Virus record (IMG/VR): IMGVR_UViG_3300042691_008788
Coordinates: 32,001 to 96,000 of that record
Direction: 5' to 3' (one strand)
Origin: a virus
Length of the DNA stretch: 64,000 nt
The notes below the pieces were generated by a model. It was not told the origin of the DNA, did no database searches, and worked only from the letters and a program-made list of their open reading frames with translations. Every line of letters begins with the position of its first letter. The stretch's first letter is position 1. Below, one piece after another: positions 1-9,074 of the stretch. Both the position numbers and the translations under genes were made by a program.

Positions 1-1728
1 GGCATTGAGGACAAGACGGGAAAGATCCACAAGGTCAGGGTGGACTTCCATCAACTTGGTGGAGAGAGACACGAAGGAGAGATGCCACGACATGAGGTGT
101 TGAGTAGATTGAGGAAGGGAGACATCAGCGTTGCAAAGGCTGGTCGTCTTCGCAAGGCGGTTGCATCTGGTGATACAGAACTAGCACATGAACTCATGCC
201 AAAGCACATGAATAAGCCAAAGTACTTCGGCATGATCAAGTCCGCACAATCGAAGATAGCAAAGCCAAAGAAGAAGGTGGTGAAAGAAGGCTACATGTCC
301 TTCGCTGAGTTTGTTTCGGAGGACATCGAACTGATTCCCGTAACTAGAGATAGAGATGCAGGGAAGCCAAGGAAAGCAGAGGTTGTCCACAAGGACTATG
401 GAACGAAGACCTACTCATCCGACAAGGTTGTGACTCGAAAGAATCATGGAGAGATTCATCCTGGTTACGAACTTCATCAGCACTCCGTCGAGATGGACAA
501 CAACAGACCGAGTGGACCACAAAGGATTGTGAAGCACAAGTTCACGATAGTACACAAGGCAAGCGGAGATATCGCTGGAGAAATGCACGCTTGGGGTGGC
601 AAACTTCATCCGAAGAAGGGCGTTGTGTTTGGGTCAAAAGGCAAGGCACTGAAGGTATCTCATCTTGAGATGCATCCCGAACACGGCAGCAAGAAGGTCG
701 GAGCATCTTTGCCCGTTGAAATGTACAGACATCTTCATAGAAGAGGACATGCCATTCAATCTGATTCAGTACAGAGCCACGGTGGAGCGCATGTGTGGAA
801 CACAATGCGTAATGATCGTGAACTCAAGAAGCACATGATGATCCATGATGATGACAAGGTAGACACGAAGCAAAAACATGCATTTCAGACTCGCGCATAT
901 AGAAGACCAGAGAGACACATTTGGCACCAGTTCAGCAGAAGTTGGAGTGGCGGAAGAGATAATCCATCAAAGGTAGAACCAGAGTATGGAGTTGATCCCG
1001 ACTTCAAGAGGACATTGATTCTTGCTGGTAAGAAGCGCAAGAAGAAGCCCGCTGTTGTATCGGAAGACATTGAGATGGCTGATATTCTTGTAAAGCCGAA
1101 GAGCGGTGGACTGAGTCCACGAAACTTTGAGAAGATGGTCGCACACAAAGGGTTGAAGCCAAAGAGATCTGGTAAGATTGCAAAGGGATACACTCTCTAC
1201 ACATCGGTTGATGCAACACATCCCGAATTTGAAGATCACCATATCGTGCATGATGCAACAGGACATGTTGCGGGTGAAGTTTCGACTCGCACATCTGGCA
1301 ACGACCACACGGTCATTCACACAGATGTTCATGGAGATCACACACAGAAAGTAATAGGAAAATCCCTTGCCGTGCTTGCATATAAGCACCTTGCAAAGAA
1401 GAAGGGAAACCTACACAGCAGCAGTCTACAGAGTCCTGGTGGTGCATCCATATGGAATAGACTTCGCAAGAATCCAAAGATGAAGGGTCAGGTCTTTCAT
1501 AAGATGAGAGGACAGGCAGAGGTTCCTGCACACGATCTACCCGATAAGAAGATATGGGCAACAGATGTCAAAGGTGGAATGTCATCATCCAACAAAGATA
1601 TTCCAAAGCCTCTTCCTCCATCGAAGCATCATGCCGCAGAGCATGAAAATGTGATAGGATCGCGTCTTGTGATCAGACCCATAAAAAAGACTAAATATAA
1701 AAGTACCAAAACAGGAGAAACAAAATGA
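1..1728 (+). CDS. 5'-truncated multidomain putative virion-internal polyprotein: C-terminal end of a cytidylyltransferase-like domain, then two GNAT-like domains
   Basis: Frame is open from base 1. AGRLRKAVASGDTELAHELMP resembles the SASKMR..A..GD end of T4-like phage cytidyltransferases. Two homologous blocks (LPVEMYRHL..IQSDSVQSHGGAHVW / LAVLAYKHL..LHSSSLQSPGGASIW) resemble phage GNAT domains, each preceded by VSE|DIE. Confidence 0.6.
   Translation, partial: GIEDKTGKIHKVRVDFHQLGGERHEGEMPRHEVLSRLRKGDISVAKAGRLRKAVASGDTELAHELMPKHMNKPKYFGMIKSAQSKIAKPKKKVVKEGYMSFAEFVSEDIELIPVTRDRDAGKPRKAEVVHKDYGTKTYSSDKVVTRKNHGEIHPGYELHQHSVEMDNNRPSGPQRIVKHKFTIVHKASGDIAGEMHAWGGKLHPKKGVVFGSKGKALKVSHLEMHPEHGSKKVGASLPVEMYRHLHRRGHAIQSDSVQSHGGAHVWNTMRNDRELKKHMMIHDDDKVDTKQKHAFQTRAYRRPERHIWHQFSRSWSGGRDNPSKVEPEYGVDPDFKRTLILAGKKRKKKPAVVSEDIEMADILVKPKSGGLSPRNFEKMVAHKGLKPKRSGKIAKGYTLYTSVDATHPEFEDHHIVHDATGHVAGEVSTRTSGNDHTVIHTDVHGDHTQKVIGKSLAVLAYKHLAKKKGNLHSSSLQSPGGASIWNRLRKNPKMKGQVFHKMRGQAEVPAHDLPDKKIWATDVKGGMSSSNKDIPKPLPPSKHHAAEHENVIGSRLVIRPIKKTKYKSTKTGETK
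1691..1697 (+). promoter_or_regulatory. T4-like late promoter motif (CTAAATA)
   Basis: ~30 nt upstream of the ATG at 1725; variant of T4 TATAAATA that recurs before many genes. Confidence 0.55.
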
Positions 1729-2525
1729 GCATTCCAAACATTCAGCAGCAACTTTACCTCAAGAAAGCACTCAATGAGGACACCGATGGGATGTTCGATC
1801 ATCCAACTCTTGATGAAGGTTCCTATGTTCACTCAAAGAAGCAACTCAAGAAAGCCGTCAAGGGTTCAAAGAGAGAGATTGTCAAGGCACTCAAGCGCGG
1901 CAACAAGAAAGATGCTGAGTTTTGGATGCAGAACAAGAAGGACGCAGAGTCACAAATGTCTGAATCCATTGCTGAAGGTTCTTATGTTCACTCAAAGAAC
2001 CAACTAAAGAAGGCTGTCAAAGGTTCAAAGAGAGAGATTGTCAAGGCAATGAAGCGCGGCAACAAGAAGGATGCAGAGTTTTGGATGCAGAACAAAAAGG
2101 ATGCAGAATCACAAATGTCTGAATCCATTACTGAAGGTTTGCTCCGCAGATACAACGAACTCACAGAAGGATCACGCGGTCTTGCTCGTTATCAGCGCAT
2201 CGTAAAGGCATTGACAAAAAAGGCCGCTTCTTTGAAATCCACCCCAAAGCCAACAACAATGGCTGGTGATGAAGCACTTCATAAGAGAACTATGAATAAA
2301 CTAAAACTTTCAAAGGGTCAGCAGTTGCGTGACCGTGTGCAGATTTCTCGCGAACGCATGAGGGCTGGATTGGCTCCAAGCATTCCATCAAAGACCGTGA
2401 GTCCCGCTCAAGGTGATGAGACAGGAACATGGAGAATCAAGTCTGGTGCTGATCGCGCGCCAAAAACAGTTTTAAAGTATCGCGCAGCATCGGCAGCAAA
2501 AGCAGCAAAAGGAAAGGCCAAGTAA
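1725..2525 (+). CDS. Basic hypothetical protein, putative internal head polyprotein with a 53-aa tandem repeat
   Basis: GGAG RBS; Lys/Arg-rich segments separated by LDE|G, IAE|G, ITE|G, LTE|G. Confidence 0.75.
   Translation: MSIPNIQQQLYLKKALNEDTDGMFDHPTLDEGSYVHSKKQLKKAVKGSKREIVKALKRGNKKDAEFWMQNKKDAESQMSESIAEGSYVHSKNQLKKAVKGSKREIVKAMKRGNKKDAEFWMQNKKDAESQMSESITEGLLRRYNELTEGSRGLARYQRIVKALTKKAASLKSTPKPTTMAGDEALHKRTMNKLKLSKGQQLRDRVQISRERMRAGLAPSIPSKTVSPAQGDETGTWRIKSGADRAPKTVLKYRAASAAKAAKGKAK
1815..2138 (+). repeat. 159-bp direct tandem repeat (2 copies)
   Basis: GAAGGT recurs at 1815, 1974 and 2133; the GSYVHSK...ESQMSES units are nearly identical. Confidence 0.95.
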
Positions 2526-3554
2526 ATGAACAATCAGTTTCTACAACATCTCAAGTCCATCACTCCTCAAGGCAAGGCCGAGGAGAAGAAGATATTCATC
2601 TCAGCAGAACGACTCAAGGAGTTGGAGGCAGAAGAACTTGATGAGGCCACACGCTCCAAGTATCTAAAGGTATATGGTAAGCACAAGGTTGGAACTGATA
2701 CAGGCGCACTTGAACTTGCAAGAAAGAAGCACGATGCTGCCATCATGCGTCGCGGTGGTGCTTCTCCAGAGGCAGTTAAGAGGGGACTAGCCAATGAATA
2801 TGGCATAGACCACGAAGTTGATATGGCAAAGTATAGATTTGCAAACAAGAGGGCTAAACACTTAGATAAAGCGATTGCCAATTATAATAGAAAAGCAAGC
2901 AAGTCAACGAACGAGGCCGTATCAACCAATGACCCAAACAGAGGTCGCATGGGAAGAGCAAAGCCAAAACTACCACCTGGTCTAGATCCTTATGATATGT
3001 ACAGCAAGGGTGAGATTCAACCATATGGTGGCAAACTTCAGAAGAGACTTCGCTCAATGAGTGCAGAAGATCGCAAGAGATACTATCAGCAGATCGGCAT
3101 TCGTTCACGCGCTGCAAGCCGTAGTGGAAAGACTCAGAGATTGTTTCCTATGACTGAAGGCGTTAAGAGGATGCGTAGGCTTCGCTCTGCGCGATTTGGG
3201 CAACAGGGAACCACGAAGGAACTTGATGCTGCCTATGATAAGGAACTCTCCAAGGTGAGCGCAAGCCGTCTTCGTCGTGGCGGTGCGCCAAAGCAGACCG
3301 TTCGTGCGTTCTTCACAGACAAGCCAACCACAAAGGCAGCGGACAAGGCATATTCGAAGTTCTCCAAGGATGCAATGAACAAGGCAAGTGCCAAGGGCAA
3401 GAAGATCTTCGAAGCAACTAAGGTTGGCAAGAAGATCAAGCGCAAGATTGTGAAAGCAAAAAACAGGCTTCGCAACATCGGAAGAAGAGTAGTAGATACA
3501 CTTGGAACTCCCCAAGATAATACAGATTACATGCTCACTGGTAGGAAGTTCTAA
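2526..3554 (+). CDS. Basic hypothetical protein, putative internal head polyprotein
   Basis: Four basic segments bounded by LDE|A, TNE|A, MTE|G, IFE|A. Confidence 0.75.
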   Translation: MNNQFLQHLKSITPQGKAEEKKIFISAERLKELEAEELDEATRSKYLKVYGKHKVGTDTGALELARKKHDAAIMRRGGASPEAVKRGLANEYGIDHEVDMAKYRFANKRAKHLDKAIANYNRKASKSTNEAVSTNDPNRGRMGRAKPKLPPGLDPYDMYSKGEIQPYGGKLQKRLRSMSAEDRKRYYQQIGIRSRAASRSGKTQRLFPMTEGVKRMRRLRSARFGQQGTTKELDAAYDKELSKVSASRLRRGGAPKQTVRAFFTDKPTTKAADKAYSKFSKDAMNKASAKGKKIFEATKVGKKIKRKIVKAKNRLRNIGRRVVDTLGTPQDNTDYMLTGRKF

Positions 3555-3566
3555 AAGGAAATAACA

Positions 3567-5009
3567 ATGAAGACTAGAGATCTTAAATCACTATCAGAAA
3601 CAATCGCATCCGTGGTCGATCCAATCGATAAGGAACGCGCACAGATGCTACAGGAAGGCTTTCTCAACTCGTTGACCGAGAAGGCTCGTCAGATCGCTTC
3701 CAAGGAAATGGAAGATGAAGGCGAAGAGGAAGAAGACGAGGACGAGATGGAGGATGAAGGCGAAGAGGAAGAGAAGCCAACCTCCAAGAAGAAAAAGGCC
3801 AAGATGGATGAGGCTTATCCAACGACTTATGTACCAGAACCAAAGCCAGTAAAGCCAGAACCAAAGCCAGTAAAGCCAAAGAAGAAATTGAGTGATTATA
3901 GATCAAAGCCTTATCCAAAACTCACCAATGAGGACATCGAACTTGCAGAGAAGGCAGCACCTGGCTATGAGGATTGGGCATCCGATCCCAAGGTCAAGGC
4001 ATCCTTCAAGAAGCAATACGGCAAGCGTTGGAAGGAAGTCATGTACGGACACTCATGGAACCTTGCCAAGCAGGAAAACAAGTTGGGTTTGGATGAAGAA
4101 GAACAGTTGGATGAATTGACTGATGCCCTTATTAGCAGGGCAAGGAACAAGGCAATCCTACGAGGTCCAGAGAAGCGTGGTTTTGTTAAGAAAGCAACAA
4201 AGAGACTCCAATCAAGCGGAGCAATGGCTCCACGACCAAGCACTTCGACGGAACGCGATTCACAGTGGAACAAAGCATTCAATGAAGAAACTGATTTGGA
4301 TGAAGCAGTATCCGCCAAGCGTATGCGTATCATCCGCAAGTATGTCAAGGGAAATAAGAGAGTTCCAGAGCATCTGAAGGACTACATGGAGAGATCCTTC
4401 AAGAAGAAGAGGTTCAAGGACAAGCAACTCTCCGATGGTAGAGGAGCAGTCGGTGCATTGGAGACTCGTATGCGTAGGAAGTCTGCTGCACTAAGAGCAA
4501 GAGGCATTGAACCAAAGGGTGTTGCACCAGGATACCTTGAAGAAGGCATCCTCAAGAAACTTCGCAGGGCCAAGGGAGCAGCATATGCTGCCATGCAAAA
4601 GGGAGAGGGAGACAAGTATGCCAAACTCCATGGAGTGGCATCTGGACTTGAGTCAAGGTACAAGGCAAGTATGGCTCGTCGTGGTGAAGCAACACAAGAG
4701 ACAGTAAGGGGTGCGGGAAGCCGCCTTTCCAAGAAGGGCAAGTATACTCTCAAGGCAGGAAAACTAGCCACACAGCATGACAATGCAATCTCCCGTTTCC
4801 GCACGAAGGTTCGCACGGCAGAGTTGTTTGGCAGGGAAACCGATAAGGGAGCAAAGAGAGAGCGTCAACAGGCACAGGCCAAGTTCCGCATGGATGCTCG
4901 TCACGGAGATTTTGGTTATAATGACATAATTACTCCCGAGATCAAGAAGGCTGGCCTGAGAGCGCGTTACAACTACGAAAAGAGATACGGTAGACTAAAG
5001 GGAAAGTAA
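3567..5009 (+). CDS. Hypothetical protein with acidic tract and basic modules, putative internal head polyprotein
   Basis: Acidic EMEDEGEEEE x2 and PEPKPVK x2; a KASFKKQYGKRWKEVMY module of the kind seen in T4-like phage head proteins; LQE|G, MDE|A, LAE|K, LDE|L, LDE|A, LEE|G junctions. Confidence 0.75.
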   Translation: MKTRDLKSLSETIASVVDPIDKERAQMLQEGFLNSLTEKARQIASKEMEDEGEEEEDEDEMEDEGEEEEKPTSKKKKAKMDEAYPTTYVPEPKPVKPEPKPVKPKKKLSDYRSKPYPKLTNEDIELAEKAAPGYEDWASDPKVKASFKKQYGKRWKEVMYGHSWNLAKQENKLGLDEEEQLDELTDALISRARNKAILRGPEKRGFVKKATKRLQSSGAMAPRPSTSTERDSQWNKAFNEETDLDEAVSAKRMRIIRKYVKGNKRVPEHLKDYMERSFKKKRFKDKQLSDGRGAVGALETRMRRKSAALRARGIEPKGVAPGYLEEGILKKLRRAKGAAYAAMQKGEGDKYAKLHGVASGLESRYKASMARRGEATQETVRGAGSRLSKKGKYTLKAGKLATQHDNAISRFRTKVRTAELFGRETDKGAKRERQQAQAKFRMDARHGDFGYNDIITPEIKKAGLRARYNYEKRYGRLKGK

Positions 5010-5025
5010 TAAAAGGAGATAGATC

Positions 5026-5142
5026 ATGGCAAAAGTGAAGACACCCGCAAGACCACGCATTCGGGAACTAAAGCATCAGTTGTACATCAAGGCATTGAAC
5101 CGCAAGAAGAACCTTGATGGGTGCAATGGTAGAAAATACTAA
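5026..5142 (+). CDS. 38-aa basic small protein (absent from ORF track)
   Basis: AAGGAGA RBS; MAKVKTPARPRIRELKHQLYIKALNRKKNLDGCNGRKY-TAA. Confidence 0.65.
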   Translation: MAKVKTPARPRIRELKHQLYIKALNRKKNLDGCNGRKY

Positions 5143-5145
5143 ATA
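5139..5145 (+). promoter_or_regulatory. Late promoter motif CTAAATA
   Basis: Overlaps the upstream stop codon and precedes ORF 5218. Confidence 0.55.
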
Positions 5146-5217
5146 TTCAAACACGCACTGATATTCTAGAACCTATCAGCGCACTCACATAGTTTCGAAA
5201 CTACGAAAGGTAAGAAA

Positions 5218-6204
5218 ATGGCAATCAATAGAGACGCATACAAGTCACTCGTAGAGTCAGTCAATGAGGCTGTCTCTGCACCATCAGTGGGTGCATCAAA
5301 GGGTGCAGCCCGTGTAAGAGGCGGAAGAACTTCCTCGACTGCATCATCCAAGCCATCGAATCTCCAATGGGGTTCATCGGCAATCGGTGGAGCAATGAAC
5401 GCAACTGAACTTGCACAATGGCTTGCATCACAGCAAGGAAGTGGAAAGCAAGGCCCATCAGTCGGCGTTGCTGACACAGCAATGGGTGTTGCGAAGGGAT
5501 CGGCAGCAAAGAACCTCTCCAGCGTATCTGGAAGAGGTGGCTCAAACACACAGCGTGCAGCAGCATCATCTTCTGGGTGGGGTGGCTCTGGTGTCTACGG
5601 TGCAAAGAATGCAGAAGATCTTGCCCGTATCCTAAATCAAATGCAGAATGATGGGCCATCTGTTTCGACGGGTGCATCAAAGGGTGGCATGAAGTCACGA
5701 AACAATCCACTCTCAAGTCGCAAGCCAGGATCAACGAGTTCATCTAAGCCAGCAGCAAAGAAGCCAACCGTTTCCGTTGCTGATGTTCAAGAAGCACTTG
5801 ATATCCTTGCAGAGGCTCAACTAAACGAGTGGCCGATCAATATTGGTGGCCGCACTGCAAACAATGCATCTGAACTTGCACAGATCCTAAACTCAATGCA
5901 GAATTCAGGAAAGCCATCGGGTTCAACTCCATCTGTTTCTAAGGGAGTTGCTGGTGCTGCCCCAAGAGGAAACCTCCTATCAAACCGTAGACCAGGTACA
6001 ACTACAACGGCAAAGCCAGCACCAAAGGCTCCAACAGTTGGAGTTGGTGGCATAGGAGCAATGTCTGAAGAATGGGACATCCTTGACGAGATCCTCGCAG
6101 AAGGTCTTGAACTCTACGGGGAAGAAGGACTCGCAGAGATCCTTGCTCACTTCGCAGAGACTGGCGAGATGTCCGAAGAACTCGCTGATCTTCTTGGCGA
6201 ATAA
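5218..6204 (+). CDS. Low-complexity Gly/Ser/Ala-rich protein with three NAxxLAxxL repeats and an acidic C-terminal helix region
   Basis: AMNATELAQWL, AKNAEDLARIL, ANNASELAQIL; VNE|A, LNE|W, MSE|E junctions. Confidence 0.75.
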   Translation: MAINRDAYKSLVESVNEAVSAPSVGASKGAARVRGGRTSSTASSKPSNLQWGSSAIGGAMNATELAQWLASQQGSGKQGPSVGVADTAMGVAKGSAAKNLSSVSGRGGSNTQRAAASSSGWGGSGVYGAKNAEDLARILNQMQNDGPSVSTGASKGGMKSRNNPLSSRKPGSTSSSKPAAKKPTVSVADVQEALDILAEAQLNEWPINIGGRTANNASELAQILNSMQNSGKPSGSTPSVSKGVAGAAPRGNLLSNRRPGTTTTAKPAPKAPTVGVGGIGAMSEEWDILDEILAEGLELYGEEGLAEILAHFAETGEMSEELADLLGE

Positions 6205-6229
6205 TCAAACTTAGTTAAACTTAGTCACA

Positions 6230-6260
6230 AGGGGAGAGGGTAAAACCTCTCCCCTGTTAT
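6230..6260 (+). terminator. Rho-independent terminator hairpin
   Basis: AGGGGAGAGG-gtaaaa-CCTCTCCCCT followed by a T-rich tract, just after the 6204 stop. Confidence 0.75.
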
Positions 6261-6263
6261 TTC

Positions 6264-6270
6264 ATAAATA
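6264..6270 (+). promoter_or_regulatory. Late promoter motif ATAAATA
   Basis: Directly after the terminator and before ORF 6275. Confidence 0.65.
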
Positions 6271-6274
6271 CATC

Positions 6275-6841
6275 ATGGAGGATTATCTTGGAATGGCCGA
6301 TTCTTTAACATCAAGCATCACTAGAGTTCTCATGGAGAGTCATGATACGGACTTGTCTGGCAAGTTCTCATTATTCACTCTTTATTCGGACAACAGTTCA
6401 GTTCTTCACATCTTCGAAGACGAGGAAACCTTTGAAGCCATGAAATACAAGTTTTCATCAGATGACAACATCAAGCGTCTCGGTGCCTCAAGGTTGCCAG
6501 AGAACACTACCTTCAAGAAACTTTCAGAATCAATAGAGCGCAAGTTCGATGTGCCAAGAGAAACAATCTCAGTCCGCACACACGATCCCATGCCCAAGGA
6601 ACAGCCACAGCCCAAGAAGGTTGTGAATGAAATGAGGAAGGCTCCCATGCAGCCCAAGAAGGGTTCCGTGGTAGAGAGCGTCCTCAAGGGCAGAGAAAGA
6701 TTCTCAAACCAACCAAGACAGCAGATGCCTCAGATGGAGGCACCCAAGGAAGAGCCTACAATCAACTCCTTCCGCCCCGCAACGAACCAAAAAATAGATC
6801 TGTCCAAGTTGAACAGCGGCGACAGACCAATGCTAGGATGA
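6275..6841 (+). CDS. Hypothetical protein
   Basis: Long ORF after a late motif; real start may be the second ATG (6293), which follows GGAGG. Confidence 0.7.
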   Translation: MEDYLGMADSLTSSITRVLMESHDTDLSGKFSLFTLYSDNSSVLHIFEDEETFEAMKYKFSSDDNIKRLGASRLPENTTFKKLSESIERKFDVPRETISVRTHDPMPKEQPQPKKVVNEMRKAPMQPKKGSVVESVLKGRERFSNQPRQQMPQMEAPKEEPTINSFRPATNQKIDLSKLNSGDRPMLG

Positions 6842-6844
6842 ACC

Positions 6845-7318
6845 ATGGCCGAAAAGAAAGATAAAGAATCAAAAGAGAAGTCATCATCCAACGAGAAAAC
6901 ATATCTCGTCAAGTACAGGCTCAAGGGCGAGAAGGGAAGGACTCCTCGCAAGATCACTGTACAGGCATTGAACCAAGCCGATGCCAAGAAGACTGCAATA
7001 GCAACCATTCCTGGTGCAGAAGTTGTCGGTGGGGCAAAGGAACTCAGCGAAGGTGTGCTTGACTTTGCGGGTCGATTGGGTAAGTTTGCAAGTAGATGCG
7101 CTGGTAGACTCTGCCATGCCTATTCAAGTAGCCCAATCAGGGACAAGGGAAGCATCTCCACCACAAGAAAGATATTCACAAGAGAACTAGCCCACATGGC
7201 TGGAAACAAACTCATGGATATTGGTGGAGAAGATGCAAGACCAATGTCAAAGATGCGATTCTCAAGTGGCAGAAAGAAGAAAAAGACAACTACTAGAAAA
7301 AAGAAACGATCACCATAA
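6845..7318 (+). CDS. Basic hypothetical protein
   Basis: Contiguous ORF; LSE|G junction; poly-Lys C-terminus. Confidence 0.7.
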   Translation: MAEKKDKESKEKSSSNEKTYLVKYRLKGEKGRTPRKITVQALNQADAKKTAIATIPGAEVVGGAKELSEGVLDFAGRLGKFASRCAGRLCHAYSSSPIRDKGSISTTRKIFTRELAHMAGNKLMDIGGEDARPMSKMRFSSGRKKKKTTTRKKKRSP

Positions 7319-7333
7319 TACTTGAGGTGAGTA

Positions 7334-8485
7334 ATGGCATTTGAATACAAACCAAAAGACTTTGGATTTTCTGGTAAAGAAATCGCATTTGAGCAGTATG
7401 TAAAAACTGTTAAGTCTGTAGTGAATAAACTATCAAGCAAAGATCATCCTGTAAGATACATGATGTCACTTGTTGAACATGCCAATGGCGAGATAAGCAA
7501 TGCAGATCTTAAAAAAGTCTGCGATGCAACTAAACTCAGCACCGCACAAAAAAACAATATACAAAAATACTTTGCTGAAGTTGTTGGTCCTATTTGGTCA
7601 ACGCAGAACAATGTATTTGGTGATACGCCAAATCCCAAGAAATGTTTTGTGTTTCATCCATCTGCGGCAAATACTCCATTGACTGATTATGAAGTTCGTA
7701 TCGTTGGTAGCGATGGTAAAAAAACAGCACATGCTAGACAAAGTACAAAGAAAAAACTAAACGAAGCAAACTCTGCTATGCGTTCGATGAGAATATCGGC
7801 AAAGTCTGGCACCACTACCAACACAGTAAAAGCAAAAGACATACTCAGTGTTCTTCGTGAAAGAAATGGTATAAACGAAAAAAACTGGAAGGGGTCTGTG
7901 GAAGAACAATTACTTGAGGTTATTGCAGACTCAAGCACTTCAGTTGGTCCATTGAGTGGTGCCATATTACTCACTCAGAAGAAAGTAATTACCAACTATA
8001 CTCCTACCACAACTCTACAAAAACTTGTGGATACTTTGTCTTCGGGCGGAACAGCAAAGACATTACTAGGAAAGTCTGTTGATACTGTGCTAAATGACAA
8101 AGAAGTTCAGTCTCTAAAGCCAATAGTAGAGGCAGAAAAATCACTGAATCACTTCATAAACAACAAAGGAAAAGTAGTTACTCATTCAAACAAGGATTCA
8201 TTGATTGTTGGATATATCTGCGTTGCAGTAGAAAGATATCTGCAAAAGATATCACAAAAATCAGATAAACTCGAACTTGATGGGATTTTTTCAGATGCTA
8301 TTGGTGGCATCATAAACTATGTTGAGTTCACCATTGATTCTTCCAATTTTCCAAAATGGAAATATTATGGAATGAAAGAATTGAACAACATAGATGGTTA
8401 CTTGCGTTCAAAGAATAGTCTATCAACTCGTTTGGCAAAGCGAGGAATGGCCGACTCACTTGGATTCCAACCTGTATTCAAATAA
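7334..8485 (+). CDS. Putative PD-(D/E)xK restriction-endonuclease-like protein
   Basis: PSAANTPLTDY...ISAKSG catalytic-like motif; GAGGTG RBS; more AT-rich than neighbours. Confidence 0.5.
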   Translation: MAFEYKPKDFGFSGKEIAFEQYVKTVKSVVNKLSSKDHPVRYMMSLVEHANGEISNADLKKVCDATKLSTAQKNNIQKYFAEVVGPIWSTQNNVFGDTPNPKKCFVFHPSAANTPLTDYEVRIVGSDGKKTAHARQSTKKKLNEANSAMRSMRISAKSGTTTNTVKAKDILSVLRERNGINEKNWKGSVEEQLLEVIADSSTSVGPLSGAILLTQKKVITNYTPTTTLQKLVDTLSSGGTAKTLLGKSVDTVLNDKEVQSLKPIVEAEKSLNHFINNKGKVVTHSNKDSLIVGYICVAVERYLQKISQKSDKLELDGIFSDAIGGIINYVEFTIDSSNFPKWKYYGMKELNNIDGYLRSKNSLSTRLAKRGMADSLGFQPVFK

Positions 8486-8498
8486 CCTAAATATTTGC

Positions 8499-9074
8499 AT
8501 GGGTCATGAACTACACATCATCGCGGGAATCGACTACTCGTTGTGTGGTCCTTGCATCTGCGTCTTTGAAGGTGGTGCAAAGTTCTCGTTCGATGACTGC
8601 TGCTTCTACTTCCTGACAGATACCAAGAAGTATGCAAAGGTTTTTCTTGGAAACATCCACGGAGAGTTGTTCTCTGAGTGGGAACAAGACATGGAGCGGT
8701 ATCAGAGCATCGCTGATTGGGCTGTGGATATCCTCAAGAATGTCAAGCAAGTCGCACTTGAGGGATATGCATACTCAGCCACGGGAAAGGTCTTCCACAT
8801 CGCTGAGAACACGGGAGTCCTAAAGTACAAGTTGTTCAGTGAAGGCATTCCCGTGACTATCATACCACCAACAGAAGTGAAGAAGTTCGGTAGTGGCAAG
8901 GGCAATGCTGACAAGACCGCTATGCATGAGGCATTTCTAAAGGAAACGGGAATCGACCTCAAGGCCATCATGACACCCGACAAGAGAGATGTTGCATCCC
9001 CCGTGTCTGATATCGTTGATGCCTACTACATCTGCAAGAAGATGCACGGCGAGTTGATCCTATCGTCTATTTGA
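8499..9074 (+). CDS. RuvC-like Holliday junction resolvase
   Basis: IAGIDYS, VALEGY, KKFGSGKGNADK and DIVDAY motifs; CTAAATA at 8487 just upstream of ATG 8499. Confidence 0.8.
   Translation: MGHELHIIAGIDYSLCGPCICVFEGGAKFSFDDCCFYFLTDTKKYAKVFLGNIHGELFSEWEQDMERYQSIADWAVDILKNVKQVALEGYAYSATGKVFHIAENTGVLKYKLFSEGIPVTIIPPTEVKKFGSGKGNADKTAMHEAFLKETGIDLKAIMTPDKRDVASPVSDIVDAYYICKKMHGELILSSI

Noticed and set aside
5390-5890. Repeats as planctomycete dockerin/EF-hand motifs
   Set aside because: They lack the DxNxDGxV calcium-binding loop; the similarity is limited to an amphipathic helix
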